A DNA stretch of 64,000 nucleotides, taken from assembly GCA_963823665.1 (NCBI GenBank), contig CAWGMQ010000003.1, positions 192,001 through 256,000 of the forward strand. Direction: 5' to 3'. The notes beneath the pieces are model-generated. The model worked only from the letters and a program-made list of their open reading frames with translations, made no database searches and was not told the origin of the DNA. Every line of letters begins with the position of its first letter. The first letter of the stretch is position 1. The position numbers were made by a program, and so were the translations under genes. Below are positions 40,483 through 50,409 of the stretch, one piece after another. The stretch comes from an uncultured Planctomycetota bacterium (lineage in GTDB: Bacteria; Planctomycetota; Planctomycetia; Isosphaerales; Isosphaeraceae).

Positions 40483-43260
40483 GACCCGGCGCACCGTCTG
40501 GACAACAACGCCGGATCTGCTCCGCTCCGCATTGGGCGCACCGTCGTAAGCCGCGCGGATCGCATTGCGCCCGATCGGCAGGGTCGACGTCGTAAAACTG
40601 GACTTGCCGTCGCGAAGCGGGACGATCGCCAAAACAATGTTCCCATCCGTGAACGTGACCGACCCGCCAGCCACCGCTCGCGCGCTGCCGTTGAACTTGA
40701 CCTTGGCGGTGAAAGTAACCGGGTGACCGAAGGTAGCGGCCGTCGACTTCACCGTCAACAACGTGTGGGTAAGGACCGCGCCGTTTGTCGGAGCGGCTGC
40801 CGGTGGCGGAGTGAGCGGGTTTGTCGAGGACGACGGTGGGGTCGACGAACCGGGATTCGACCCCGTCGTGGACGTCGGAGGCCCTGATACACTTGCGGTG
40901 ACGTTAAACGCAGCCGTGGTCACCGGCGCCACGCTTCCGCCACTGACTGTGAGCGTATAACCGGTACCGACCTTGTTCAGAGTGAGCCCGGAAAACGTCG
41001 CGATGCCGTTTGTCACCGGCGCCGTCGGGTTACCGCCCAGCCTGCTGGCGCCGGGGTTCGCGCTCAACGCGATCGCGAGATTGGCATCATAGCCCGCGAT
41101 CACGTTGCCGGAAGAATCCTCGACGGCGACCGTCAGCCCGAAACCGCTTCCTGCGCTGACGCTCGCGGGCGGCTGCACGGTGATCACCAGCAGGTCGTAC
41201 TGTGCCGTCGCGCCGTAAGCGATCAGACCTGGGATCAAGAGGTTCGCAATCGGTGAGCCGAGGCCGGTGACTTCGTCATATCCAGCGCTCGCGTTGAACC
41301 CGTTGTAACCGGATGTGATGTCATGAAAATCGCTCGAGGGCAGGCCATACAGGGCTTGCAAGGCCTGCGTTGGATCCGAGCCGCTATTGAGCGTATCGCT
41401 GCCTTGCGCCACACGTCCCTGATTGGCGATGGCGAAGATCCCCGCCCAGCAGGGGCTGCTCAGACTGGTCCCGAAGTTCCCGTAGGTCAGACCGCCGTTC
41501 TGGAAACAAGTCACACCGCTGTTTTCACTCGCATCGAACGCCACGTCGGGTGTGGTCCGCTGCCGGGTGTTCTGGTACGTGAGCTGGTACGCAGGCTCCG
41601 GTTCGAACGGTGTCGGACCGCCGGTACTTGCCCAGGCCGCAGCGCTGCCGATGGCATCGGCAACCACCCGGCTGTCGGCCGAGCTGGCATCGAGCACCAC
41701 GGTCAACGTGCCGGTGCCACTCGATGAAAGCGTCGGGAAGAACACTCCCAGTTCCTGGAACTGAGAACTGCCGACAGCGTTGCCTGATGGACTCTTGCTC
41801 TGATCGACGACAACCGTCCCGAGCACGGTCCCCGACGCCTGGGTGCCGTCGTAGATCGTGTACGTCGCATCGGTGGCGTTGCTCGCGCTCGCGGTCCAGG
41901 TCGCGGATAGCTCCGTTCCCGCGCCCGTGTTCGCGGGCGTGACGGCGATCGTCCAGACCGCCGAGCCTGAAGTCCCTCCGACCGCCGTGCTGTACGTTCC
42001 GCTGAACCCGCCCGATTGCGATGTCCACGTGCCGGTCTGGATATACGCCGAGCTGCCGTTGTCGACCGTGCTCGACGGGGCCGGAAAACTCCAGCCGGTT
42101 TCGCTGCCATAGGCGTTGCTGGCAATGCTCAGTTGCGTGCCGCCGACAGCCACGACATTCGGTGAAGTCGCCGGATAATAGCCGTTGTTTCCGGTAGACG
42201 GTGCAGGATCGGTTGGCGGCGACGGATAAACATTCGCCCCGTTGTCGTAGCTGGAGGCGAGGAACGTGACTCCGGTGTGCCCGCTCGGCGTGACGAATGT
42301 TGATGAATCGTACGCAGTTTCGCCGCTCCATTCATCCAGGTCCCAGCTATTGGAAACCACGGACACGCCCGGCAGGCTGGCGGCCAGCGCGTCGCCGGCG
42401 AGCAGGCTCATGGGCCAGCTCGCATCATCATTCACTTCGATGACATCGATCTTGGCCCCGGGAGCCATCGCATGCGCCCATTCGACATCCATCTCCTCTT
42501 CTGCTTCCCAATCCCCGCTTGGATCAGCCGCGGGCACGCCATTGCTGCCGCTTTGGCCAACGAGCGCGGTAATGTTCGTGCCCGACTGGTTGTACACACT
42601 GACAATCGACGACGCCGGCCCATACTGCTGGTACAAAGTCTGGGTGGAATTCAGCGTCAAGCTCATGGTTTCGTCGAAACCGTCCAGATCCGTGAGCACG
42701 GTCGGGGCATTCCCGACTTCGACGAGGGCAATGGTCTGTCCCGCACCATCATCTCCACCAGCGCCGAAGCCAGGAACGCTGTTGAGCCCGTAAGCCGCCC
42801 TGATCTGCGCCACGGTGTAGGAGACGTTCCCCACCGCGGGCGCGACGGCGTCAAACGTGAAGCTCATGGTGTTGTCAGCGTAAGTCGTTTCTGGGACGGA
42901 CTGATCCGGGTCGACGGTGACCGTGACCACATTGATCCCGGGTGTGGCGCAAAACGTGCCCCAATCCGCCTCGAATGAACTCGTCCCCGAGATCCCCGCC
43001 CCCCAGGTGAGGGCCCCGGAGTCCTGGGTGAGTCCATTGACTGTATAACCCACCACGTACGAGGCATCGCTCGGCAAATCCTGGGTGGTGAAATCGGCCT
43101 GGATCGATACGTACTCGCCGACGTTGATTGTGCTCTGCGGCTGTCCGCTCCCGTCGACCACGAAGGCATTGGTGATTGTGATGTTGCCGGCCGGAGTGAG
43201 CCGATCTTCGAGGAGCTCGAACTCGGCATCGAAGAGAAACTGCCTGCCACGTCGGGCCAT
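40426..43260 (-). CDS. Sedolisin-like S53 peptidase with CARDB-like and Ig-like domains
   Basis: ELLEDRLTPA leader; EEEMDVEWAHAMAPGA, VVAVGGT, PDVAFDA, GTSLSSP.WAG, GYDEVTGLGSP. Confidence 0.88.
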   Translation of the reverse strand: MARRGRQFLFDAEFELLEDRLTPAGNITITNAFVVDGSGQPQSTINVGEYVSIQADFTTQDLPSDASYVVGYTVNGLTQDSGALTWGAGISGTSSFEADWGTFCATPGINVVTVTVDPDQSVPETTYADNTMSFTFDAVAPAVGNVSYTVAQIRAAYGLNSVPGFGAGGDDGAGQTIALVEVGNAPTVLTDLDGFDETMSLTLNSTQTLYQQYGPASSIVSVYNQSGTNITALVGQSGSNGVPAADPSGDWEAEEEMDVEWAHAMAPGAKIDVIEVNDDASWPMSLLAGDALAASLPGVSVVSNSWDLDEWSGETAYDSSTFVTPSGHTGVTFLASSYDNGANVYPSPPTDPAPSTGNNGYYPATSPNVVAVGGTQLSIASNAYGSETGWSFPAPSSTVDNGSSAYIQTGTWTSQSGGFSGTYSTAVGGTSGSAVWTIAVTPANTGAGTELSATWTASASNATDATYTIYDGTQASGTVLGTVVVDQSKSPSGNAVGSSQFQELGVFFPTLSSSGTGTLTVVLDASSADSRVVADAIGSAAAWASTGGPTPFEPEPAYQLTYQNTRQRTTPDVAFDASENSGVTCFQNGGLTYGNFGTSLSSPCWAGIFAIANQGRVAQGSDTLNSGSDPTQALQALYGLPSSDFHDITSGYNGFNASAGYDEVTGLGSPIANLLIPGLIAYGATAQYDLLVITVQPPASVSAGSGFGLTVAVEDSSGNVIAGYDANLAIALSANPGASRLGGNPTAPVTNGIATFSGLTLNKVGTGYTLTVSGGSVAPVTTAAFNVTASVSGPPTSTTGSNPGSSTPPSSSTNPLTPPPAAAPTNGAVLTHTLLTVKSTAATFGHPVTFTAKVKFNGSARAVAGGSVTFTDGNIVLAIVPLRDGKSSFTTSTLPIGRNAIRAAYDGAPNAERSRSGVVVQTVRRVKSKMRSMSASAQEVGSTR

Positions 43261-43581
43261 CGTTCGGCAGCCAACGACTCGGGCCCGAGATTTCGCCGAC
43301 GGAGATCCCGTCACTCAGATATCCTCAAGAAGTCAACTCTCGGTCGAGAACGCCGCGGCGCATGGGAGGACCAACCAGAGATTCTACACGTTTGAGCCAA
43401 ATGATCCAACCGATCGTGCAACGTCGTGCTGCAAAAGGTCATCACGATGATTACCTTGATGCCGCCGGTTGGTCCGACCGGCGTGTCACGCTCATCTCCT
43501 ATTGCCGGGTGCGCCGCTTCCTGTTCCAATCCCCGTAGACCCGTTGGAAACGGCTCTCGGCGCCGAAAGGAAGCCCCGGCC

Positions 43582-45066
43582 ATGCGACTGCACCGCCCGC
43601 AGATCTCGCTTAAACACCTGCTCTTCGCCGTCGCCATCTTGGCGATGAACTGCGCGGCTCATCGGTACCTTTTCGAGGAGCTTGGCCGCCATGACGCGGA
43701 CTCTCTCCTCGCGACCTTTCCTGAGGGCTTCGTCGCGGGTGTTATTCCACTCCTCAATTTTGCGGCGATCGGTAGCGCATTCTTCGTGGTCAGGTCGCTC
43801 CGTTCGCGCGGCCGCGCACGCGAAGCGTGTCGACAACAGAAGCCGGCGGGGGCGACTTTCTTCAGCCTCCATTTCTTTGCACTTTCCTGCGTTGCCGCCG
43901 CTTTCATGCCGGACACAATTGCACTCGAGCAACTGGCAGCCATCATCCCCCAGAGTTGGCTCGCGGCCCTTGCTGAATGCGCGCGTTCGATTCCCGACGA
44001 GCTCCTCGTTCCCGTCGTCTTCGGACTGTGTTTCTCGGGGCCACTCTTGATTCTTTCCTGGTTCGGCGGCTTGCTCGCAAGACACAGCGCCGCCACGTTG
44101 TCAGCCCGCCGGTTCAAAGCCTTGGCAGTCACGGTCTCATTGGGCTTCGCGAGCATCGCGCTGGCGATCTGGGTGACACCGCGCCCGTTTGCGGATGACC
44201 AGGATGTCGATCTCGATTTCCGCATCGTCGACAGCGACTCGACGCAGGCGATCTCCGCGGCGTCCCTGCGACTGATCAATCCGTTTGACGCGTCTTCAAC
44301 TCCCCCGAGCGCCCTCTCTGACACCAACGGGTGCGCGCGAATCAAGGCTCGTTTGCCAGGCCACGGCGAGAGAATCGCTTTCATGCACTTCGGCGCTTTC
44401 TCGCCCTGGGGTCGGTGGTTGGAGGTTTGCGCGGCGAATTACCGGACGACTCGACTGCCGCTGCCACAGGTCTTGGGCCGCCACGTCGTCCTTGGAGAAA
44501 CGCATCTTCAGACGGTCGCACTGACCAGAGGCAAGACACCCGAAGATGCGTTCCGAGACATTGCCGGGTGCTACACGAGGGATACAGGTTACGGAGGCAG
44601 CGGCTTCAGGATCGAACCGGACGGGCGGTTCTCATGGAGTGCGTGGGGATGCACGCCTCCATCCCTCCAGGAATATGGAAGTCTCAATCGAACTCAAGAC
44701 TCATTCCAGCTCGAGCCAATTCCCCATCCAGGCGAAGAGACGCATCCGCTGGTGAAAGGGAAATTCCGCAGGATAGAGTGGGGCGAATGCGCCTATTTTA
44801 CATTCGCAGACGACGCCAATCTGACGCGCTTCTGTCGAGCCAGCCTGACGCCCAACCATCCACGGAACTTTGGGCCGCCGATCTATTGTCGCGAGTCCGA
44901 CCTCAAGAAACCGCAAACAAGCCTGCCTCGGCTTCCCACACGTGTATGGGTGAGGTTTTTGTTTCAGGAAGCCAGCCTTCAAAACGAAGACGGTCTCTTG
45001 AGGCTCGGAATCGAGCGGTTCTTGAGGTGTGGAACGCATCCAGGAACACCCCGAACGGATCTTTAA
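43582..45066 (+). CDS. Hypothetical membrane protein
   Basis: MRLHRPQISLKHLLFAVAILA start; about 5 TM helices plus a soluble domain; GAAAGG RBS. Confidence 0.65.
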   Translation: MRLHRPQISLKHLLFAVAILAMNCAAHRYLFEELGRHDADSLLATFPEGFVAGVIPLLNFAAIGSAFFVVRSLRSRGRAREACRQQKPAGATFFSLHFFALSCVAAAFMPDTIALEQLAAIIPQSWLAALAECARSIPDELLVPVVFGLCFSGPLLILSWFGGLLARHSAATLSARRFKALAVTVSLGFASIALAIWVTPRPFADDQDVDLDFRIVDSDSTQAISAASLRLINPFDASSTPPSALSDTNGCARIKARLPGHGERIAFMHFGAFSPWGRWLEVCAANYRTTRLPLPQVLGRHVVLGETHLQTVALTRGKTPEDAFRDIAGCYTRDTGYGGSGFRIEPDGRFSWSAWGCTPPSLQEYGSLNRTQDSFQLEPIPHPGEETHPLVKGKFRRIEWGECAYFTFADDANLTRFCRASLTPNHPRNFGPPIYCRESDLKKPQTSLPRLPTRVWVRFLFQEASLQNEDGLLRLGIERFLRCGTHPGTPRTDL

Positions 45067-45262
45067 CCGGGGTCGTCGATTCGCGCCGGCAACGCGCACC
45101 CCGGAACCCCGGACCACGACTTCGACCGCCGGGATCCGCAGCTTTCGTTGCACGGTCGACGTGTCCCACGGGCTCTGACATGATATCCTTAATAGCAATG
45201 GGTGTCGTCTGCATAGACCGGTTTGCACGGTGGCACGATCGCTGAGTGCAAAAGGAACACGT

Positions 45263-45721
45263 ATGTCTTCACACATCTGCGCGAAATGCGGCAAGCTGCT
45301 CACTCTAAGCCAATCAAATGAGCCGTGTCCATATTGTGGAAGCAGGGACAGGATCGTGTTCGATGTGGATGTCGCTGTTGCCGCCGCGAAGGAAGCGGCG
45401 GCAGAGGTGTTGGCGAAGAAACACTACGAGTTGGAGGCCGGTCTGAGTCAAGTCTTTCGGATCACCGCCAGCGCCAAGTCTGAAGTGATCCCGACCGAGC
45501 CTATCAAGTTGCTCGAAGTGAATGAGAACACGGTGGAGTCGGGCGTGATGCCCCTGAGCTTCGGCCCCATGCCCACCAGAGGCATCAATTTCCCGTCGAC
45601 GATCATTGAGGTGACACCAAACGAATTCAAGCGGATTCAATCGAACGAGCTCAGGCTGCCCGAGGGCTGGGAAATCCGTGAGGAACTGCCGAGGCCCGCG
45701 GGTAATCCCGGAGGGGTGTAA
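45263..45721 (+). CDS. Hypothetical protein: zinc ribbon plus MNT-like domain (tentative)
   Basis: CAKC...CPYC; IKLLEV...IIEVTPNEF; TAATG coupling to the next gene. Confidence 0.55.
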   Translation: MSSHICAKCGKLLTLSQSNEPCPYCGSRDRIVFDVDVAVAAAKEAAAEVLAKKHYELEAGLSQVFRITASAKSEVIPTEPIKLLEVNENTVESGVMPLSFGPMPTRGINFPSTIIEVTPNEFKRIQSNELRLPEGWEIREELPRPAGNPGGV

Positions 45722-46224
45722 TGGCGACCCCCGCGCAATGGACCAAGGGATACGGCAGGCATGCAGACGCCGACTTGAGCACCTTCAATCTGCTTCAACG
45801 TAGCGAAGTCCCCGAGTGCCACAAGCTGCAATTCCTGCAGATGGCTTGTGAAAAGCTCGTAGAGGCCCATCTGTGCAGAGAAGGGAAAGATCCCGCAACG
45901 CTGCAGGGAAGCCACGCGTATGTTTCGAAGCACCTTGCGGTAGTGCTACGCGACCAGGCGGCTTTCGAGAACTATCAGGGAAGCCGAGCACGGGACGTCT
46001 TGCACCGTGCTCGGAAACTCGCTCTCGAGATTGAACTGCTTGCGCCAGCCGTAAAGCGCGGCGGCCGTCGTCCGGACAACTGCGAGTATCCGTGGGAAGA
46101 TGCTTCTGGAACGTTGCACCTCCCTCTCGAACATTCTTTCCATCCATCCCAGCTCATACTTATGCCGGCGGGTCTCACGATTCTTAAGCTCATTCGCGGC
46201 GCGATCAACAGACTGTTGTCTTGA
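45721..46224 (+). CDS. HEPN-like protein
   Basis: ADADL...FLQMACEKLVEAHL...SH...EYP pattern of HEPN domains. Confidence 0.6.
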   Translation: MATPAQWTKGYGRHADADLSTFNLLQRSEVPECHKLQFLQMACEKLVEAHLCREGKDPATLQGSHAYVSKHLAVVLRDQAAFENYQGSRARDVLHRARKLALEIELLAPAVKRGGRRPDNCEYPWEDASGTLHLPLEHSFHPSQLILMPAGLTILKLIRGAINRLLS

Positions 46225-46349
46225 GGAGTTTTGTCCTCACGCTCAGAGTGCCCGTTCGCGCCACGAAGCAAACCGCCGCGAACGTGCTGGCAAGAAAACA
46301 CGTCATATCAGCGGCTGGCCTGAGTCATGCCGTCTTTCGGATCACCAGT

Positions 46350-46982
46350 TCACCGTTCAATATGACCACGATGCCCGGGGTGAACGGTGCGCTGGTGATG
46401 GGGACTGCTGTGATGACCGCCCAGCGCCAACATCTTGATTGGAGGGACCGCCGGGGCCGGGGCCGGGACCGGCGAGTCCGTCGCGAGCGAGACCGTCTTG
46501 GAGTTGGTTGGCGTTGCGGGCGAGCTCAGGTTCCCCTGGTTCGAGCTGAATGGGTTCATCGAGGTCGACGGCTGGACAGTCGGGAATCTCGACATGAGTG
46601 CGATCTGTGCCGAGCTCGTCGACGCCAGGGCACTTATGCTCGGTCTCGAGGAGGCCGACGTTGAAGTGGGAGTCGCAACGGTACTCGGTGCGCTCACCAC
46701 GCTCGTTGGTGAATTCGAGGCGGCGGGTGGCGGGTTCATCATGACCGGTGGCGGGTTCATCATGACCGGTGTCGGGTTCATCATGGCCGGTGTCGGGTTC
46801 ATGATGACCGGCATCGGGTTCATGATGACCGGCATCGGGTTCGTCATGGGTTCCATGGCAGGCATTCCCGACGCCATGGACAGCAGCGCCCTTCCCTCAA
46901 GCGTCTCGACCGAGATCGACGCCTTCCGGCGAAACTTTCGCGATATCATCGTTCGCCGGTCTTGCTCCTGATGCGATCTCAT
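46350..46982 (-). CDS. Planctomycete extracellular low-complexity protein
   Basis: SVETLEGRALLS leader; Met-Asn-Pro heptads; S/T/P-rich; His-rich tail. Confidence 0.7.
   Translation of the reverse strand: MRSHQEQDRRTMISRKFRRKASISVETLEGRALLSMASGMPAMEPMTNPMPVIMNPMPVIMNPTPAMMNPTPVMMNPPPVMMNPPPAASNSPTSVVSAPSTVATPTSTSASSRPSISALASTSSAQIALMSRFPTVQPSTSMNPFSSNQGNLSSPATPTNSKTVSLATDSPVPAPAPAVPPIKMLALGGHHSSPHHQRTVHPGHRGHIER
46726..46850. repeat. 21-nt coding tandem repeat, about 6 copies
   Basis: cgggttcat[cg]atg[ag]ccgg... with period 21, encoding MNP[MTP]P[VA][IM]. Confidence 0.9.
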
Positions 46983-47135
46983 GGTTTTCATCCTTCGTGA
47001 AAAGTTCAAAAGCACGAGAGAACCCATATAATAAGAGAGTCAGGCGCCAGTACCGCGGACACAAATCAATTTGGCACTTCTGCCAGCGCTGACGTCCCCA
47101 GCACACCGGGGGTCCGCGACCGGAGGCCCACACCT

Positions 47136-47744
47136 ATGACGATCGCAGCCGTGATCCTCTGCGGCGGTGAAAGCCGCCGGATGGGCCGGCCCAAGGCCTG
47201 GCTGCCCTTCGGCCCGGAGGTGATGCTCCAGCGCGTCGTGCGGCTGGTCGGCGCTGTGGCCGCCCCCATCGTCGTCGTCGCGGCGCCGGGGCAGGATCTC
47301 CCCACGCTCCCGGCCGAAGTCTCGATCGTCCGCGATGAAATCTCCGGCCGTGGTCCTCTGCAGGGACTCGCGGCCGGCTTTGGTGCACTCGGTGAGGAAG
47401 TCGATCTCGCTTACGCAACGAGCACCGACGTACCCTTCCTCGAACCGCGCTGGATCACACGACTGGCCGAGCTGATCGACGATGCCGATCTGGCCATTCC
47501 GTCGATCGGCGGTTATTTCCATCCCCTGGCCGCGCTTTATCGGCGAAAGGCCGTCCTTCCCGCAATCGTTGAGCTGCTCAGCCACGATCGTCTGAGGCCG
47601 TTCTTCCTCGTCGAGGCGGTTCGGACGCGAGTTGTCCTCGAGCACGAAGTGAACACGGTCGACCCGCAGCTTGGTACACTGCGCAATCTGAACCAGCCAG
47701 AGGATTACGAGCAGGCGCTCCGGGACGCCGGTTTGGGTGCGTGA
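47136..47744 (+). CDS. mobA: Molybdenum cofactor guanylyltransferase
   Basis: ILCGGESRRMGRPKA.L, GPLQGL, D.PF, HPLAALY, NLNQPEDY. Confidence 0.9.
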   Translation: MTIAAVILCGGESRRMGRPKAWLPFGPEVMLQRVVRLVGAVAAPIVVVAAPGQDLPTLPAEVSIVRDEISGRGPLQGLAAGFGALGEEVDLAYATSTDVPFLEPRWITRLAELIDDADLAIPSIGGYFHPLAALYRRKAVLPAIVELLSHDRLRPFFLVEAVRTRVVLEHEVNTVDPQLGTLRNLNQPEDYEQALRDAGLGA

Positions 47745-49666
47745 GCGCGCGGCGGGTTGATGTCGAAGGCTGGCCGGTGAAAGCTATGGACCTCGATACC
47801 GCTTATCGGCGCGCGACTCAAGCCTCGGGAGCATTCGTCGCGCTCGCCGGTGTGGCAGCCCTTGCGGGCTGGATGACGGGCGAGCCCGTCCTCCTCGGTC
47901 TTCGCCCGAATTACATACCGATGGCCCCCAACACCGCGCTGGCGTTCATCGTCCTGGGTGTCGCTCTGATCGTCTTGCGCAGCGGATGGCGAGGCGGTCG
48001 CGTGATTGCCGGCTCCGGTGCCGGTCTGGTCGGCTTCGTTGGTCTCCTGAGGTTGTGCGAGTACGCCGCAGGTCGCGAATTTGCTGTGGACGAATGGTTC
48101 TTCCATTTTCACCGCGAACAGCTTGGGCTCGCTCCCATCGGCAAGATGTCGCTCCCGACGGCGATCGCGTTTGTCGCGGCCTCTAGCGCGGTGGTGGCGC
48201 TCGTTTGGCCCCATCGATGGAAATCGGCCCATCACGCGCACGCGGCGGGGGTGGGTGGTCTGATCACCGGGACGACGGGTCTGGTCTTCAGCCTCGGTTA
48301 CCTGTTCAGCCCGAACGCGCCGCTGCTCTACGGCACCGAGTCGATACCGATGGCACTCAACACGGCGTTATGTTTCCTCTGTCTGGGAGTTGGCCTTACC
48401 TCCGCCGCCGGGCCCGAAGCGTTTCCGCTGGTAAGGCTCTCCGGTCCGTCGATCGGCGCTCGCTTGTTGCGGATCTTCCTCCCGCTCGTCGTGGGAACAG
48501 TCGGGGTCGTCGCGTGGTTGACTCATTTCCTCACGACGACCGCCGGGTCGTCTTCCGCCGCGGTCTCCTCGGCGGCGCTGGCGGTTGCCGCGATCCTGTT
48601 GTTCGGCATGATCTGTGCGCGGATTGCCGGCCACGTCGGCGGCCAGATTGAACATGCGGAAGCCGAGCTGCAGCGGGCCAACGACCTCCTTGAATTCAAA
48701 GTCGTCGAGCGAACGCGCGAGCTGAGCCGATCGAATGCTGAAACGGCCGCGGCACTCCACGAACTTCAGCTTGCACACGCGTCTCTTCAGCACGCTCACC
48801 TCGAGCTGCGGCAAGCACAGTCTCGCATGATCCAGCAGGCGAGAATGGCCAGCCTGGGCCAGACCGCAGCCGGCGTCGCGCACGAGATCAACAATCCGCT
48901 CTCCTTCGTCACCAATAATCTCAGTTTGCTGAAGCGCGAATTCACCGGTCTCCACGATGTTGTGCTTCTCTACCAGCAAGCCGAGCAAACCCTGGCTCAA
49001 TTCCGGCAAGACCTGCATTCAAAGATATCCGAGCTTGCCGATGAGCTGGACCTGCCCTACGTGCTCGAGAATCTCGACGGGCTGTTCGAACGCTCCCAGC
49101 GCGGGCTGCTGCGAATCCAGAAAATCGTCGCTGACCTGCGTGACTTCGCGCACCTCGAAGAGGCAGAGTTCAAGGAAGCCGACCTGAATGCCGGAATCAG
49201 CACCACGGTCCGCCTGATGCAGACCTTAGCCGGTGCCCGTCAGGTATCGCTCGAGACCTGCCTGGCCCCGATCCCCGTGACGAATTGTTTCCCGGCGAAA
49301 ATTAACCTGGTGGTTCAAAGCTTGATCTCCAACGCGATCGATGCCTGCGGGGAAGGTGGCCGCGTCGTCGTCGAGACAGATACAGTCGATGCAGCAATCG
49401 CGATCCGTGTTTCGGACAACGGCCACGGCATCGCCCCGGGAATTCGTGAACGAATCTTCGATCCCTTCTTCACGACCAAGCCCATCGGCAAAGGAACGGG
49501 GCTGGGCCTCTCGATCAGCTACGGCATTGTCAAGGACCACGGCGGGTCGATCGATTTCGAGTCGCAGCCTGGTGAAGGCACGCGGTTCACGGTTTTGATA
49601 CCCATTGCGCCCTCAGGCACAACCGTACAACTCATGGGAAGTGCCGGCGACACGCACAAACCGTAA
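47741..49666 (+). CDS. Membrane sensor histidine kinase
   Basis: About 8 TM helices; [33 protein letters not shown]. Confidence 0.92.
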   Translation: MSARRVDVEGWPVKAMDLDTAYRRATQASGAFVALAGVAALAGWMTGEPVLLGLRPNYIPMAPNTALAFIVLGVALIVLRSGWRGGRVIAGSGAGLVGFVGLLRLCEYAAGREFAVDEWFFHFHREQLGLAPIGKMSLPTAIAFVAASSAVVALVWPHRWKSAHHAHAAGVGGLITGTTGLVFSLGYLFSPNAPLLYGTESIPMALNTALCFLCLGVGLTSAAGPEAFPLVRLSGPSIGARLLRIFLPLVVGTVGVVAWLTHFLTTTAGSSSAAVSSAALAVAAILLFGMICARIAGHVGGQIEHAEAELQRANDLLEFKVVERTRELSRSNAETAAALHELQLAHASLQHAHLELRQAQSRMIQQARMASLGQTAAGVAHEINNPLSFVTNNLSLLKREFTGLHDVVLLYQQAEQTLAQFRQDLHSKISELADELDLPYVLENLDGLFERSQRGLLRIQKIVADLRDFAHLEEAEFKEADLNAGISTTVRLMQTLAGARQVSLETCLAPIPVTNCFPAKINLVVQSLISNAIDACGEGGRVVVETDTVDAAIAIRVSDNGHGIAPGIRERIFDPFFTTKPIGKGTGLGLSISYGIVKDHGGSIDFESQPGEGTRFTVLIPIAPSGTTVQLMGSAGDTHKP

Positions 49667-49752
49667 GCGCCGGGAGGCTGTGCGACCAAGCACCCGTCTG
49701 AGTACCCTGAAGGCAAGATGATCCCCTGGCACTTCGAGGAACTGCCCCGGCC

Positions 49753-50277
49753 ATGCGTCTGCCACGCGTTCGGTTCAAACTCGGTCAGGTGATGGTCGCG
49801 CTCGTCTTCGTGAGCCTTGGGCTCGCGATCTTTGCCCGGCATCAACGACTCAAGACTTTGCTGGTCAACCAGGAGATCACTCTGAAGGTCGCCGAGGCTA
49901 ACTTTCTGAATGCCTCGCTCGCGCGCGGGAAAGCCGAGTACGACTTCATCGCGTACCTCAAGACTGATGAAGCGCGGTTGGAGACCGAGCTGAACGCGCT
50001 TTCCAAAGACGGTGACCGCGTAGACCAAAGGCTCGGCGCTCTCAAGAGCGACGTTTTGAAAGCGCGAGCGGAACAACTAGCAAAACGGGCGCTCTGGGAA
50101 CACGAGCGCATGACCCTGAACAGGCTAAGGTGGGAACTGGCGAACTCCTGGCGCCTGTGGCGGAGCACAGGTGGTGCTCGTTCTGTGTCGTCCGAATCGA
50201 ATTGGAACCTGTCCGACACGGAAAAAGCCGAGCTCGACCAGCAATTACGGCATTTTGGGAACGCCGTGCGAAACTGA
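49753..50277 (+). CDS. Hypothetical coiled-coil protein with N-terminal TM helix
   Basis: MRLPRVRFKLGQVMVALV start; GAGG RBS. Confidence 0.6.
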   Translation: MRLPRVRFKLGQVMVALVFVSLGLAIFARHQRLKTLLVNQEITLKVAEANFLNASLARGKAEYDFIAYLKTDEARLETELNALSKDGDRVDQRLGALKSDVLKARAEQLAKRALWEHERMTLNRLRWELANSWRLWRSTGGARSVSSESNWNLSDTEKAELDQQLRHFGNAVRN

Positions 50278-50409
50278 TGGGCATTCCGTTTTCCTCCCAA
50301 TCGCTCGCTTGGTTTCAGATAATCCGAGATCCCACCAAAAAAATTCGTGAGCCGACCCCGGCTTTTAGGCATTACAGTGAGGTAACACAGATGGGAGGAG
50401 CCAGAAATC

